From Pseudomonadota bacterium (GTDB lineage: Bacteria; Pseudomonadota; Alphaproteobacteria; SHVP01), in the NCBI GenBank assembly GCA_027622715.1, contig JAQBYN010000017.1:577-64576 (forward strand): a stretch of 64,000 bases of DNA. The letters run 5' to 3'. The notes below the pieces were generated by a model, which was not told the DNA's origin, ran no database searches, and was given only the letters and a program-made list of their open reading frames with translations. Of the stretch, positions 8,400 to 18,201 are shown in pieces. The position numbers were made by a program, and so were the translations under genes. How positions within the stretch are numbered: the stretch's first letter is position 1; each line of letters starts with the position of its first letter.

Positions 8400-8735
8400 C
8401 TACCGAGAGTCGATGAACTTTTCCAATTCGTCGAATTGGGACTCCCAGAATTGGCGATACTTTTCAGTCCATTCCCGGACGTCGTCGAGCGAGCCTGCGA
8501 CCGCGCGGTAGTACCGGTGCCGTCCTGCCTTGCGCCTGGTCACCAGGCCATTGTCGCGCAAGATTTTGAGATGCTGCGAGACCGCGCCGACGGTGATCCC
8601 GAGCGGCGCAACGAGGTCTTGAACGGCCATTTCGTTGGCCGCGAGGAGTTCCAGGAGTTTGCGCCGGTTGCCGTCGGCAATGGCATGAAAGACCCGGTCA
8701 GTCCCCTCGGCCTTGCCGATTTGTGCGTTCACCAT
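8400..8735 (-). CDS. ArsR/SmtB family transcriptional regulator.
   Basis: 111 aa with a winged HTH. It is divergent from the DUF899 gene. Confidence 0.85.
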   Translation of the reverse strand: MVNAQIGKAEGTDRVFHAIADGNRRKLLELLAANEMAVQDLVAPLGITVGAVSQHLKILRDNGLVTRRKAGRHRYYRAVAGSLDDVREWTEKYRQFWESQFDELEKFIDSR

Positions 8736-8789
8736 TATATTTTAGCATATACTATAATATAGTTGGATCAAGAACTGAGGGAGGTCCCA
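8736..8789. promoter_or_regulatory. AT-rich divergent promoter/operator region with TATAAT and the imperfect palindrome TAGCATATACTA.
   Basis: The sequence is TATATTTTAGCATATACTATAATATAGTTGG. It resembles the AT-rich 12-2-12 operators of ArsR/SmtB repressors. It overlaps a -10 hexamer for the plus-strand gene. Confidence 0.35.
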
Positions 8790-9503
8790 ATGACCAAACA
8801 AACAATCGTCAGCCCAGAACAATGGGTCTCGGCGCGCAAAGCGCTTTTGGCAAAGGAAAAGGAATTCACCCGAGCCCGCGATGCCCTGAGCGCCGCGCGC
8901 CGGGAATTGCCGTGGGAAAAAGTCGAGGCGGATTACACGTTCGATGGACCCAATGGCAAGCAAACGCTCGCCGACTTGTTCGACGGTCGCAGCCAGCTAA
9001 TCGTCTATCACTTCATGTTTGACCCGTCGTGGGACGAGGGCTGCAAGAGCTGTTCGTTCATGGCCGATCACTTCAATCCGGCGATCGTTCACCTCGCCGA
9101 ACGCGACGTCACGATGGTGGCGGCATCGACCGCGCCATTGGCAAAACTCGAAGCGTTCCGCAAGCGGATGGGCTGGACATTCAAGTGGGTGTCGTCGGGC
9201 GCCAGCGACTTCAATCGCGACTACCACGTGACCTTCACGCAAGAAGACATTGATGCCGGCACCGCCTACTACAACTACAAGAACGGCGGCTTTCCCGTGA
9301 CCGAAGGGCCGGGCTTAAGTGTTTTCTACAAGGACGACGATGGTCAAATATTCCACACGTATTCGGGCTACGCGCGCGGGCTCGATATGTTTCTTACGGC
9401 CTACAACTACCTGGATTTGGTGCCCAAGGGGCGCGATGAGGCCGACCTGCCCTACTCGATGGGCTGGCTCCGTCTTCACGACTCCTACGCCAATGCTGGC
9501 TAA
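8790..9503 (+). CDS. DUF899 thioredoxin-like family protein.
   Basis: ATG at 8790 sits behind a perfect SD (GAGGGAGG, spacing 6). The track starts earlier at an in-frame TTG at 8763. Confidence 0.75.
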   Translation: MTKQTIVSPEQWVSARKALLAKEKEFTRARDALSAARRELPWEKVEADYTFDGPNGKQTLADLFDGRSQLIVYHFMFDPSWDEGCKSCSFMADHFNPAIVHLAERDVTMVAASTAPLAKLEAFRKRMGWTFKWVSSGASDFNRDYHVTFTQEDIDAGTAYYNYKNGGFPVTEGPGLSVFYKDDDGQIFHTYSGYARGLDMFLTAYNYLDLVPKGRDEADLPYSMGWLRLHDSYANAG

Positions 9504-9506
9504 CGC

Positions 9507-11348
9507 TTAGGCGTAGAGGGCGGCAATTTCGCGCTCGTAAGCTTCGGTGATCTTGGCGCGGCGAATTTTCATGGTGGCTGTGACCTCGCCGTCATCGTGG
9601 TCGAGCTCTTTGGCCAGGAGGTGGAACTTTTTGATCCGTTCGACATTGGCCAACTGGGCGTTCGCACTGTCGACTTCGCGCTGGACGATCGCGGCTACCT
9701 GCGGATTCTCGACCAGAGACCGAAACGTCGTGTAGGCGACACCTTCGCCATCGGCCCAGTTCGCGATCATGTCGAAGTCAATCTGGATCAGCGCCGTCAC
9801 AAAGCGCCGACCGTCAGCCACGACCACACACTCCTTGATGTAGGGGCTCGCTTTCACCGCATTCTCGATCAGGCTCGGGGTTAGGTTCTTGCCCCCCGCG
9901 GTGATCGCGATATCCTTCTTACGGTCGATGATCGAAACCGATCCGTCGGGGAAAACCTCAGCGATGTCGCCAGTGTGCAACCAGCCATCTTGGAGCGCTT
10001 CGCGGGTCTCTTCGTCGTTGCGGTAGTAGCCCGCAAACACACAACCGCCACGAATAAGAAGTTCGCCGTCGGGCGCGGTTTTCATTTCGATGCCATCAAG
10101 CGGCACCCCGATCCGCCCCTCAAATCTTCGGTCACGGTGCTGAATGGCGCAGGCACCGGCCGTCTCGGTCATGCCGAATCCTTCCATCAACGGCACCCCA
10201 AGACCGCGCAAGAATCTGAGCGTTTCTAACGCAACTGGCGCTGCACCGGATATCGCGATCCTGCACCGCGTGAGCCCAAGCGCATTGCGCAACGGGCGGT
10301 AGGCGAGCCATTCCCACACTGCATGACGCAGGCGATCGCCAAGGCCGTAATTCGTTTTCCACGGGTCGTCAAAGCGGCGTGAATCGCGCAGGGCGGCGCG
10401 GAGCACAAGCCCTTGAATCAATCCCGCGCTGCGCGCCCGGATCAGCACATCGCCCCGCATCTTCTCCCAAATGCGCGGCACACCGAGGAAGATCGTCGGC
10501 GCGATTTCCCGCAAATCCGACTGCACCGTCCGCAAGCTCTCGCCAAAACTCACGACGTAGCCGGCGTGCATCGCGAGAAATACCGAGAACAGCTGCTCGG
10601 CGACATGGCAGAGCGGCAAATATGAGACCGCGGAGTCGCCTCTCGTCTGCCCGATGTTGCGCGCCGAGGCCTCGCCGACAAAAGCAATATTCCGGAACGT
10701 GATCAGCGCCGCCTTGGGCGGCCCGGTTGAGCCCGATGTACAGACGATCAACGCAACGTCATCGGGATCGTGGTCGGCCATCGCCCGGTCCAGGAAACCG
10801 GGATCGCGCTGCGACGCTTTGGCGCCCGCGTCGATCAGGTCGTCATAGGCAATTAGGTCGGCGCGGTCGTATCCAGCGAGACCTTTGCCATCAAAATAGA
10901 TGATGTGGCGTAGCTGCGGCAGTTGGTCGCGAATTTCGAGAACTTTGTCGACCTGCTCCTGATCTTCGCAAATGATCGCTTTAGCTTCGGTCAAGTTCAG
11001 GACGTGCAGGATTTCCGCGGCTGGCGACGTCGCATACACGCCCGCCGCGACAGCACCGGCGAGGTGCATGCCGAGTTCCGCGATGACCCATTCCCGCCGA
11101 TTCTCTGAAAGGATGGCAAGGTGATCGCCGCGTCCGTAACCAAGGCCAATAATACCTTGTGCGAAGTGTGAGGCGGCGCGCTCGTATTGCGACCAGCTCA
11201 TCTCGCTCCAAATGCCGAACCGTTTTTGCCGTAGGGCCGGCGCGTTGGGCCGGGTTCTGGCATGGCGGCGCAGCAGCCGCGGCAACGTCAAGATGTCGGG
11301 CGCGCGTTCGGCAATAATGTCGATTTCTTCGGCAACCGCCATCGCCAC
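9507..11348 (-). CDS. Long-chain acyl-CoA synthetase / AMP-dependent ligase (FadD-like).
   Basis: 613 aa with the TSGSTGPPKAA AMP-binding motif. Confidence 0.85.
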   Translation of the reverse strand: MAMAVAEEIDIIAERAPDILTLPRLLRRHARTRPNAPALRQKRFGIWSEMSWSQYERAASHFAQGIIGLGYGRGDHLAILSENRREWVIAELGMHLAGAVAAGVYATSPAAEILHVLNLTEAKAIICEDQEQVDKVLEIRDQLPQLRHIIYFDGKGLAGYDRADLIAYDDLIDAGAKASQRDPGFLDRAMADHDPDDVALIVCTSGSTGPPKAALITFRNIAFVGEASARNIGQTRGDSAVSYLPLCHVAEQLFSVFLAMHAGYVVSFGESLRTVQSDLREIAPTIFLGVPRIWEKMRGDVLIRARSAGLIQGLVLRAALRDSRRFDDPWKTNYGLGDRLRHAVWEWLAYRPLRNALGLTRCRIAISGAAPVALETLRFLRGLGVPLMEGFGMTETAGACAIQHRDRRFEGRIGVPLDGIEMKTAPDGELLIRGGCVFAGYYRNDEETREALQDGWLHTGDIAEVFPDGSVSIIDRKKDIAITAGGKNLTPSLIENAVKASPYIKECVVVADGRRFVTALIQIDFDMIANWADGEGVAYTTFRSLVENPQVAAIVQREVDSANAQLANVERIKKFHLLAKELDHDDGEVTATMKIRRAKITEAYEREIAALYA

Positions 11349-11352
11349 CTCC

Positions 11353-12144
11353 CTAGCTCAACCAGCGTTTGCGGCGCTTATAGTGTTTGACGTCCCGGAA
11401 CGACCGCTTCTCGGTGCCGCCCACGCCCAAGTAAAACTCGCGCACATCGTCGTCGTCCCGCAGCTTATCGACGGTGCCTTCGATTACGACCCGACCGTTC
11501 TCAAGGATATAACCATAATGCGCATGGGCAAACGCAACATTGGCGTTCTGCTCGACCAGAAGAATGGTTGCGCCGCGCTCCTCGTTGAGGCGCGAGATGG
11601 TATCGAATATCTCGAGAACGAGTTTGGGTGCGAGGCCAAGTGACGGCTCATCGAGCAAGATGATCTCGGGCTTCCCGATCAAGGCGCGCCCCAAGGCCAA
11701 CATTTGCTGTTCACCGCCAGAAAGATACCCGGCCAACTGCGTGCGCCGTTCTTTAAGGCGGGGAAAAAGATCGTAGATGTCGTCGAAATCGGCGCGCGAG
11801 TCTTTGCGCCCCGTCAGCGCGAAACTCGCGGCAACGAGATTGTCGTGAACCGTGAGGTCCGCGAATACGCGTCGCCCCTCGCGGACGTGGGCCATGCCGC
11901 GTCGCACCAGATTGTGGGGCTCTTGGCGCAGAACCGAGCGCCCGTCGAAGACGATATCGCCGTCGGTGACGTCGCCGTTTTCAAGCGGTAGGAGACCGGA
12001 GACTGCTTTTAGCGCGGTGGTTTTGCCGGCACCGTTGGCGCCCAGCAGGGCAACGACTTTCCCCTTGGGCACGTCAAAGGATAAGCCACGCAGCGCTTGG
12101 ACCACGCGGTGGTAGTAGACCTCGACGTTGCTGACGCTCAGCAA
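11353..12144 (-). CDS. livF: HAAT-family ABC transporter ATP-binding protein (LivF-like).
   Basis: The Walker A motif is GANGAGKTT, and the signature motif is LSGGEQQ. Confidence 0.85.
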   Translation of the reverse strand: MLSVSNVEVYYHRVVQALRGLSFDVPKGKVVALLGANGAGKTTALKAVSGLLPLENGDVTDGDIVFDGRSVLRQEPHNLVRRGMAHVREGRRVFADLTVHDNLVAASFALTGRKDSRADFDDIYDLFPRLKERRTQLAGYLSGGEQQMLALGRALIGKPEIILLDEPSLGLAPKLVLEIFDTISRLNEERGATILLVEQNANVAFAHAHYGYILENGRVVIEGTVDKLRDDDDVREFYLGVGGTEKRSFRDVKHYKRRKRWLS

Positions 12145-12196
12145 CTAACCCTCCGGCGCAGCGGCGGCGCGTCGTGCGCCGCCGTCCGTCGCTCGG

Positions 12197-13402
12197 TTAC
12201 GTGACGATCCAGTCCGAGACCGGCAGGAAAAGTTTGGTTTCGGCGCTGTACGAATACACGCGCCCCTGCGGCACCGAATGATTCACAACGGTAACCGGTT
12301 GGCCCATGTACCCACCCGAATCCCAATTCTTGATCGCGCCCAACGCGGCAATCAAGTTTTTGGCGTTCACTTCTTTGTCGGCGTTGACCGTTGCCTCTAT
12401 CGCGTTCTTGGCAAGTTCGTGACTGAACATCGGCTGCAATGACCAGGTCACGACGTAACCAGGAAACTTGTCGCCGTACTTTTGTTTCTTGAACGCAAAG
12501 AACTTCGAGTATGACGGCGAATCCTTGGCTTCGTAGAAGTAGCGATACGGCAGCACACCCGCATAGCCGTCCAGGATCGGCCCGGCCTTTGCGGTGACCG
12601 CATCGGCGATGACCTTTTCCATCCCCCAGAACGTGCCGAGGAACTTGGTCTCCATTTTGAAAGCTCGCGCCGTGCCGATGATCTCAGGCCATACGCCGGT
12701 GACATAGCCGTGCATGATAACGAAATCAGGATTCGCGCGGCGTAACTGGGCGACATGCGTTTGGACTTCGGCGCCGGCAGCTTTCGTGATTTCTTCGTGG
12801 ACAACCTTCAGGCCGAGAGCCGCTGCCGCCTTGCGGCCATGCTCAATCGGATCGCGGCCGAACTCGGTATCCGAATAGACGAACGCAACGGTGCTGCCGC
12901 CATTATCCTTCACATGTTTGAGAAGGATATCGAACATCGCTTGGTAGGTTGGACCCGCGATGTACTGGAACGGGTTTGTCGCCGGGTTCGCCAAGTCCGA
13001 AGCAAATGAGGTGCCGCCACACAAGACCGGGGTGCGGTTTAATTCGGGCGCCACAAGTTTCATGAAGCCGGTTGAGTCACCAGAATAGAAGATCGGCTTT
13101 TCATCCGCCGACATCGCCTTTTTGAAGTTGGCGAGCGAGTTGGTCGGCACGTAACCCGAATCCTCGTGAATCAATTCGACCGGGCGCCCGGCGATGCCGC
13201 CGGAGTCATTGGTCATTTCAACCCAGTCGAGCAAGTCCTTAAGCGCCGTCGTGCCTGCTTGGGCAAACGGCCCAGTCAACGGCGACGATCCGGCGAACAC
13301 CCACTTCTTACTTTGCGCCTGCACGATGGCGGGCATGCCCATGATCGAGGTTGCCGCAACCGCCGCGGTCCCTTTGAGCACCGTTCTACGATCGACTTTC
13401 AT
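12197..13402 (-). CDS. HAAT-family periplasmic substrate-binding protein (LivK/LivJ-like). The N-terminus is Tat/Sec-like.
   Basis: 401 aa. The N-terminus reads RRTVLKGTAAVAATSIMGMPAIVQAQ. Confidence 0.85.
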   Translation of the reverse strand: MKVDRRTVLKGTAAVAATSIMGMPAIVQAQSKKWVFAGSSPLTGPFAQAGTTALKDLLDWVEMTNDSGGIAGRPVELIHEDSGYVPTNSLANFKKAMSADEKPIFYSGDSTGFMKLVAPELNRTPVLCGGTSFASDLANPATNPFQYIAGPTYQAMFDILLKHVKDNGGSTVAFVYSDTEFGRDPIEHGRKAAAALGLKVVHEEITKAAGAEVQTHVAQLRRANPDFVIMHGYVTGVWPEIIGTARAFKMETKFLGTFWGMEKVIADAVTAKAGPILDGYAGVLPYRYFYEAKDSPSYSKFFAFKKQKYGDKFPGYVVTWSLQPMFSHELAKNAIEATVNADKEVNAKNLIAALGAIKNWDSGGYMGQPVTVVNHSVPQGRVYSYSAETKLFLPVSDWIVT

Positions 13403-13436
13403 TGCACTCTCCCTAACGATTTCATTGATGAGCCAG

Positions 13437-14480
13437 CTACGGCGAGAACGGCCATAAATTGATGTAACGCCAAATACGCGTCCAGATCGCGGCCAAGCCC
13501 ATCGGTTCGAAGATCATAAACACAATTATCAGCAGCCCGTACGCGATTGTATTTGCGGGCGCCGTGTATTCCACAATTGTGGGATTAAAAGGCGTCAAAA
13601 AGCCAAAAACCCACTTCAGCATTTCCGGGATCAAGATCACGAAAACCGCGCCAAATACCGGGCCCAACGTGCGGGCAGAGCCACCCACGACCAAGGCCGC
13701 CAAAAAGATGATCGAGAGCTGCAACTCGAACTGGGTGGGTAACAACGCCAGAAAGTTGTAGGCCCATAGCGAACCCGCCAACCCGGCATAGGCCGAGCCT
13801 AAGCCAAATGCGAGCAACTTGTATCGTGTGAGCCCGACGCCGATGATCTCGGCCGAATAATCTGAATCGCGGATCGCAATAAACGCGCGCCCTATTCGTG
13901 TGCGGAACAGGTTTTGCGCAAACAACACGGCCAAAACCGCGATTGGTACGATCAATGCATATTTCTGCGGATCGCTAACAAGGTCGATACCAAAGACCGA
14001 TGCGGGCGCCAGCGTGATGCCGCTGTCGCCATTGGTCACCGAACCCCAATGCTCGATGACGAAAACGATAATGAAACTTGCCGCAAGCGTTGCGATCGTT
14101 AGGTAAAGTCCGCGAATACGCAGCGAGGGCAACCCGAACATCAAGCCAACGCCAGCTGTGACCGCAACGGCCATCGGGATCACCACCCAAAACGGCACCC
14201 CGAGCCAATTGGCCAGAATTGCGGTCGCATAGGCGCCGACCCCGACCAGCGCGCCGTGCCCCAGCGAGATCAACCCGGTGTACCCGGTGAGGATGTTGAG
14301 CCCTGTAATGGCCACAGTGTAGATCGCGACTTGGGTCGCGAGAAACACGATGAAGCTGTTGGCGGCAAACGGCAGCAGCACCAGACCCGCCACCATCGCG
14401 GCAAAACCGTAACGCACCGGCCAGCTGCGAAAGATCGCTTCGTCGGCGGCGTAGGTCGCCTTGTAATCGCCAATAAGCAT
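13437..14480 (-). CDS. livM: HAAT-family ABC permease (LivM-like).
   Basis: 347 aa polytopic membrane protein. Confidence 0.85.
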   Translation of the reverse strand: MLIGDYKATYAADEAIFRSWPVRYGFAAMVAGLVLLPFAANSFIVFLATQVAIYTVAITGLNILTGYTGLISLGHGALVGVGAYATAILANWLGVPFWVVIPMAVAVTAGVGLMFGLPSLRIRGLYLTIATLAASFIIVFVIEHWGSVTNGDSGITLAPASVFGIDLVSDPQKYALIVPIAVLAVLFAQNLFRTRIGRAFIAIRDSDYSAEIIGVGLTRYKLLAFGLGSAYAGLAGSLWAYNFLALLPTQFELQLSIIFLAALVVGGSARTLGPVFGAVFVILIPEMLKWVFGFLTPFNPTIVEYTAPANTIAYGLLIIVFMIFEPMGLAAIWTRIWRYINLWPFSP

Positions 14481-14483
14481 ACG

Positions 14484-15383
14484 CTAGACCCGTTCCACGT
14501 CGCGCGTGCCCAACAACCCGTAAGGCCGAATGAGAATAATCAGGAGCACGACGGCGTATGGGACGACTTCTTTGAAATCGCCACCAAGAAAATGATTCGC
14601 CATGGCCTCGAGCCAACCAACGATGAACGCTGCCAGCAACACGCCGATCACAGAATCAAGGCCACCCAAAATGACCACCGCAATCACGCTCAATCCAACT
14701 TGGCCAAGGCCGGGCGTTAGGCTGTTCAGCGGCGCCAGCAACACACCGGCCAGCGCACCGGTTCCAGCAGCCACCATCCACGTCACCGAAAACACCCGCG
14801 GCACATTAATTCCCATGGCATAGGCGGTGGATTGATCCGATGCGGTGGCGCGGATCGCGACACCCGCTTTGGATTTCAAGAACAACACCGTGATGGCTGC
14901 AAAAACGATCCCGGCGATAAGAAAACTCGCCAACATTTGCCGGTTGATCGCCATCCCCGCGACGAAATCGATATTGAGACCGACCAAGGCCGGCGGGAAC
15001 TTGGCGTTGGTTGACCAAATGACCGCGGCGCTACCTTCGAGGACCGAGATCAGCCCAATCGTCACCATGATCATCGCAAACGGATTCTGCCCCAGCATGG
15101 GGCGCATCACGATACGCTCGATGGCCGCGCCAAACAGCGCACTTACCAAAAGAGTCAGCGGCACACCGAGGACATAGATCGCCCACGTGCCCAGCCCCAA
15201 GTCACCCAGGACAACGGTGATCGTGTAATAAAAGTAGGCGCCGATCATCATCACGGTGCCATGGGCGAAGTTGAAAACTTTGGTCGCTCGGAACACGAAC
15301 ACGATGCCGACCGCGATGAGCGCGTAAACCCCGCCCGTCATTAGGCCGGTCAAGCTATCCTCGATTACATAAACGATGTTCAT
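14484..15383 (-). CDS. livH: HAAT-family ABC permease (LivH-like).
   Basis: The start is MNIVYVIED at 15383. This overlaps the livG stop as ATGA. The track ORF is longer only because no upstream stop intervenes. Confidence 0.85.
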   Translation of the reverse strand: MNIVYVIEDSLTGLMTGGVYALIAVGIVFVFRATKVFNFAHGTVMMIGAYFYYTITVVLGDLGLGTWAIYVLGVPLTLLVSALFGAAIERIVMRPMLGQNPFAMIMVTIGLISVLEGSAAVIWSTNAKFPPALVGLNIDFVAGMAINRQMLASFLIAGIVFAAITVLFLKSKAGVAIRATASDQSTAYAMGINVPRVFSVTWMVAAGTGALAGVLLAPLNSLTPGLGQVGLSVIAVVILGGLDSVIGVLLAAFIVGWLEAMANHFLGGDFKEVVPYAVVLLIILIRPYGLLGTRDVERV

Positions 15384-16237
15384 CAGGCCGCGTCCTGCGC
15401 CGCGCCGAGGTAAGCCTCGATGACCGCCGGGTTTTCTTGCATTTCCTGCGGTGGCCCTTCGGCGATCTTCTCCCCGAAATTCAGCACGACGACGTGGTCG
15501 GATATGTCCATCACCATGCTCATGTCGTGCTCGACCAGAAGCACCGTGACCCCCCACTCCTCTTGGAGGTCGAGGATGAAGCGCGCCATGTCTTCGGTCT
15601 CTTCGCGGTTCATGCCCGCGACCGGTTCGTCGAGCAACAGCAGCTTGGGCCGCATCGCTAAGGCGCGCCCGAGCTCAACGCGTTTTTGCAAGCCGTAGGG
15701 CAACATGGAAACCGGCGTCTTGCGAATGTGGTCGATCTCGAGAAAATCGATGATCTCGCGTTCGATCTGCGCCCGAAGTTCGGTCTCCTCGCGCCGCGCA
15801 GGGCCCCAGAACAGCCCGGCGGCCAGAACCCCGGTCTTCAGATGCGTATGCGCGCCGAGTTTGATGTTGTCCAACACCGTCATACCGGGAAACAGGGAGA
15901 TGTTCTGGAACGTGCGCGCCATTCCTAGCGCCGCTCGTTTGTGGGTCGCAAGGTTGGTGAAGTCAGTCCCGTCAAAGATCAAGCGACCGGCGTCGGCCTT
16001 GTGAAATCCCGAGATGACATTGAACAGACTGGTCTTCCCGGCGCCGTTCGGCCCGATGAGCGCCGTGATGCCGCCAGGCTGAACGTCAAGCGACACGCTC
16101 TTAAGCGCCGCCACGCCGCCAAAACTTAATTCGATCCCTTCGGCCCGCAGCAGCGGCGCCGATGCCGTCGTCACGATCGCTAATACCCCCGACTGCGGCC
16201 TACGAAACAATCGCGGACCTCGGTTACGCCGCGCCAT
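15383..16237 (-). CDS. livG: HAAT-family ABC ATP-binding protein (LivG-like).
   Basis: The Walker A motif is GPNGAGKTS. The start is uncertain: candidates are ATG at 16237, GTG at 16174, and the track's 16261. Confidence 0.8.
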   Translation of the reverse strand: MARRNRGPRLFRRPQSGVLAIVTTASAPLLRAEGIELSFGGVAALKSVSLDVQPGGITALIGPNGAGKTSLFNVISGFHKADAGRLIFDGTDFTNLATHKRAALGMARTFQNISLFPGMTVLDNIKLGAHTHLKTGVLAAGLFWGPARREETELRAQIEREIIDFLEIDHIRKTPVSMLPYGLQKRVELGRALAMRPKLLLLDEPVAGMNREETEDMARFILDLQEEWGVTVLLVEHDMSMVMDISDHVVVLNFGEKIAEGPPQEMQENPAVIEAYLGAAQDAA

Positions 16238-16286
16238 GATAGCCGCAAATCCGCACCGCAACGACCGCTCTCGTCATGCAGGCAAC

Positions 16287-17126
16287 CTACCGAGGCAGCG
16301 GCCAACTCGATGTGCCGATAAAATCGTCGAGCGCGGCGGCGAGTCCCGCCGGTCTATCAAGGGGAATATGGTGGCCTGCCCCCGCCACTGTCGCGATTTG
16401 GGCCTGCGGCAAATACCCCGCGAGGCGCGAAAGGGCGTCGGTGGACGTGATGTCCGAATGCTCACCCCGAACCAACAAAGCCGGGCAGGTCACGTTTAGC
16501 CGTTCAATATCGAAGTCGGCGCGGCTTTCCGCGGTCTCGGTTTGTTCGAAATGGCGATATTCGACCCGTCCATCGTCCAGCGCGCGAAACGAATGAAGCG
16601 CATAGTGGTCTTTCTGGGCGTCGCCCCAACCATCGCTGCGGTCCAACGCGGCGCGCCCCACAGCGAGATCGGCATAGACTCGTTTGCGCGGGGCAAAGTT
16701 GATCGCCGGATCAATCCAGATTCCCGAATCGACGATCGCAATCGCGGCCACCGCCTCTGGGCGCGCGCTTGCCATGGTCAGCGCCATGTAACCGCCGGTC
16801 GCGGTACCGACGACGATCACCCGGTCCACCGACAGGGCCGCGAGGAACGCCCAGACGTCGTCGATCAGCGTTTCAATGCGGTAGCCAGTGGGCGGCGCAT
16901 CGCTGAGACCGTGGCCACGTAGGTCGGGTGCTAGAAACCGGCGGTTGGGCAGCGCGCTGGCATCGACCACGAAATCCCAGACGCGGGCGTTGGACTTGTT
17001 CCCGTGCAACAGCAGAACCGGCGGTCCGGTGCCAGGCCAATCCAAAAAATGCAACGAGAGTTGATCGGCAATCGAACAGCGGTTCTCCACGGCCGGCCGT
17101 CGGAACACTGGCGCGGCGATCATCAA
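16287..17126 (-). CDS. Alpha/beta-fold hydrolase.
   Basis: 279 aa. Oxyanion-hole HGN is present, as is the GT.TGG nucleophile-elbow context. Confidence 0.75.
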   Translation of the reverse strand: MMIAAPVFRRPAVENRCSIADQLSLHFLDWPGTGPPVLLLHGNKSNARVWDFVVDASALPNRRFLAPDLRGHGLSDAPPTGYRIETLIDDVWAFLAALSVDRVIVVGTATGGYMALTMASARPEAVAAIAIVDSGIWIDPAINFAPRKRVYADLAVGRAALDRSDGWGDAQKDHYALHSFRALDDGRVEYRHFEQTETAESRADFDIERLNVTCPALLVRGEHSDITSTDALSRLAGYLPQAQIATVAGAGHHIPLDRPAGLAAALDDFIGTSSWPLPR

Positions 17127-17127
17127 A

Positions 17128-17979
17128 TTAGTTCTCGTCGACGATGGGGTTACGCAACACCCCGATGCCGGAAATGTCGATCTCGATGACGTCGCCCGCC
17201 TTCATCCACACCGGCGGGGTTCGGCCTGCGCCGACGCCGCCCGTCGTTCCAGTCGCAACCACGGTACCGGGCACCAGTGGGGCGATCTTCGACAGGTACT
17301 CAATGAGGGCGGGAATATCGAACAGCAGGTCGTCCGTCGTGGCTTCCTGCATGACCGTGCCATTGAGCCGTGTGGTAAGCGACAGCGCGGCGGGGTCAGG
17401 CACCTCGTCGCTGGTCACCATCCAGGGGCCCATGGCGCCGGAATGCCAGAAGGTTTTGCCCGGCATGAACTGTGTTGTGTGGCGCTGATAGTCCCGTATC
17501 GAACCGTCGTTGAAACAAGCATAGCCGGCGATATAGTCGAGCGCGTTCTTTGCCGCGATGTGACGCCCGGCGCGGCCGATGACGAAGGCAAGTTCGCCCT
17601 CGAAATCGAAGTGCTCGGACACCTTGGGGCGCACCATCGGTTGCCCGTGCCCGACTTGGGAATCAGCATAGCGCGCAAACAACATCGGGTGGGCCGGTGC
17701 TTCGCGGCCCATTTCCTCGATATGCGATTTGTAATTCAGGCCGACGCAAATGACCTTGGGCGGGACCACAATGGTCGGCAGGAATTCGATCTCGGCGATA
17801 CTCACTTCGGCCGCCTTGTTCGCGCCCGCGCGCACCACCTCGTCAAGGCCGCCATCGGCGATCGCCGCCGCCAGGCTCGGCCACCGGTCGGAAAACGTCC
17901 GGCCCACGTCAGCAACCCCGTCCTCAATCGCCACACCGTAGGTGTCGTGACCGTTGTGCCGATAGCTCAAGAGTTTCAT
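17128..17979 (-). CDS. Fumarylacetoacetate hydrolase (FAH) family protein.
   Basis: It carries the conserved ELAFVIGR...DYIAGYACFNDGSIRDYQ core. The start is MKLLSYRHNG. Confidence 0.8.
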   Translation of the reverse strand: MKLLSYRHNGHDTYGVAIEDGVADVGRTFSDRWPSLAAAIADGGLDEVVRAGANKAAEVSIAEIEFLPTIVVPPKVICVGLNYKSHIEEMGREAPAHPMLFARYADSQVGHGQPMVRPKVSEHFDFEGELAFVIGRAGRHIAAKNALDYIAGYACFNDGSIRDYQRHTTQFMPGKTFWHSGAMGPWMVTSDEVPDPAALSLTTRLNGTVMQEATTDDLLFDIPALIEYLSKIAPLVPGTVVATGTTGGVGAGRTPPVWMKAGDVIEIDISGIGVLRNPIVDEN

Positions 17980-18062
17980 GCCGCGTCCTCGCCGTTGTTT
18001 GCACGCCGGGTATAGCATTCCGGCGCTTGGGTGCAACGCCGAAGAAGCAAGCGACCTTGCAC

Positions 18063-18099
18063 ACCGTCAATCGCAACACGTCAGTGTCGATTGACGGTG
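18063..18099. promoter_or_regulatory. Perfect 12-bp inverted repeat, CACCGTCAATCG-N13-CGATTGACGGTG, in the divergent FAH/preT promoter region.
   Basis: I read it directly. An inner ACAC..GTGT symmetry is also present. It looks like a TetR/GntR-type operator. Confidence 0.4.
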
Positions 18100-18201
18100 C
18101 GATATTGCGCGGCAAACAGCGGGTGGCAGAAGCGCAACGTTTTTTGTCTGGCACTAACCACCCGCAAAATGGTGGAATTGGCTTTTGCGTAGTAGGAAGC
18201 C

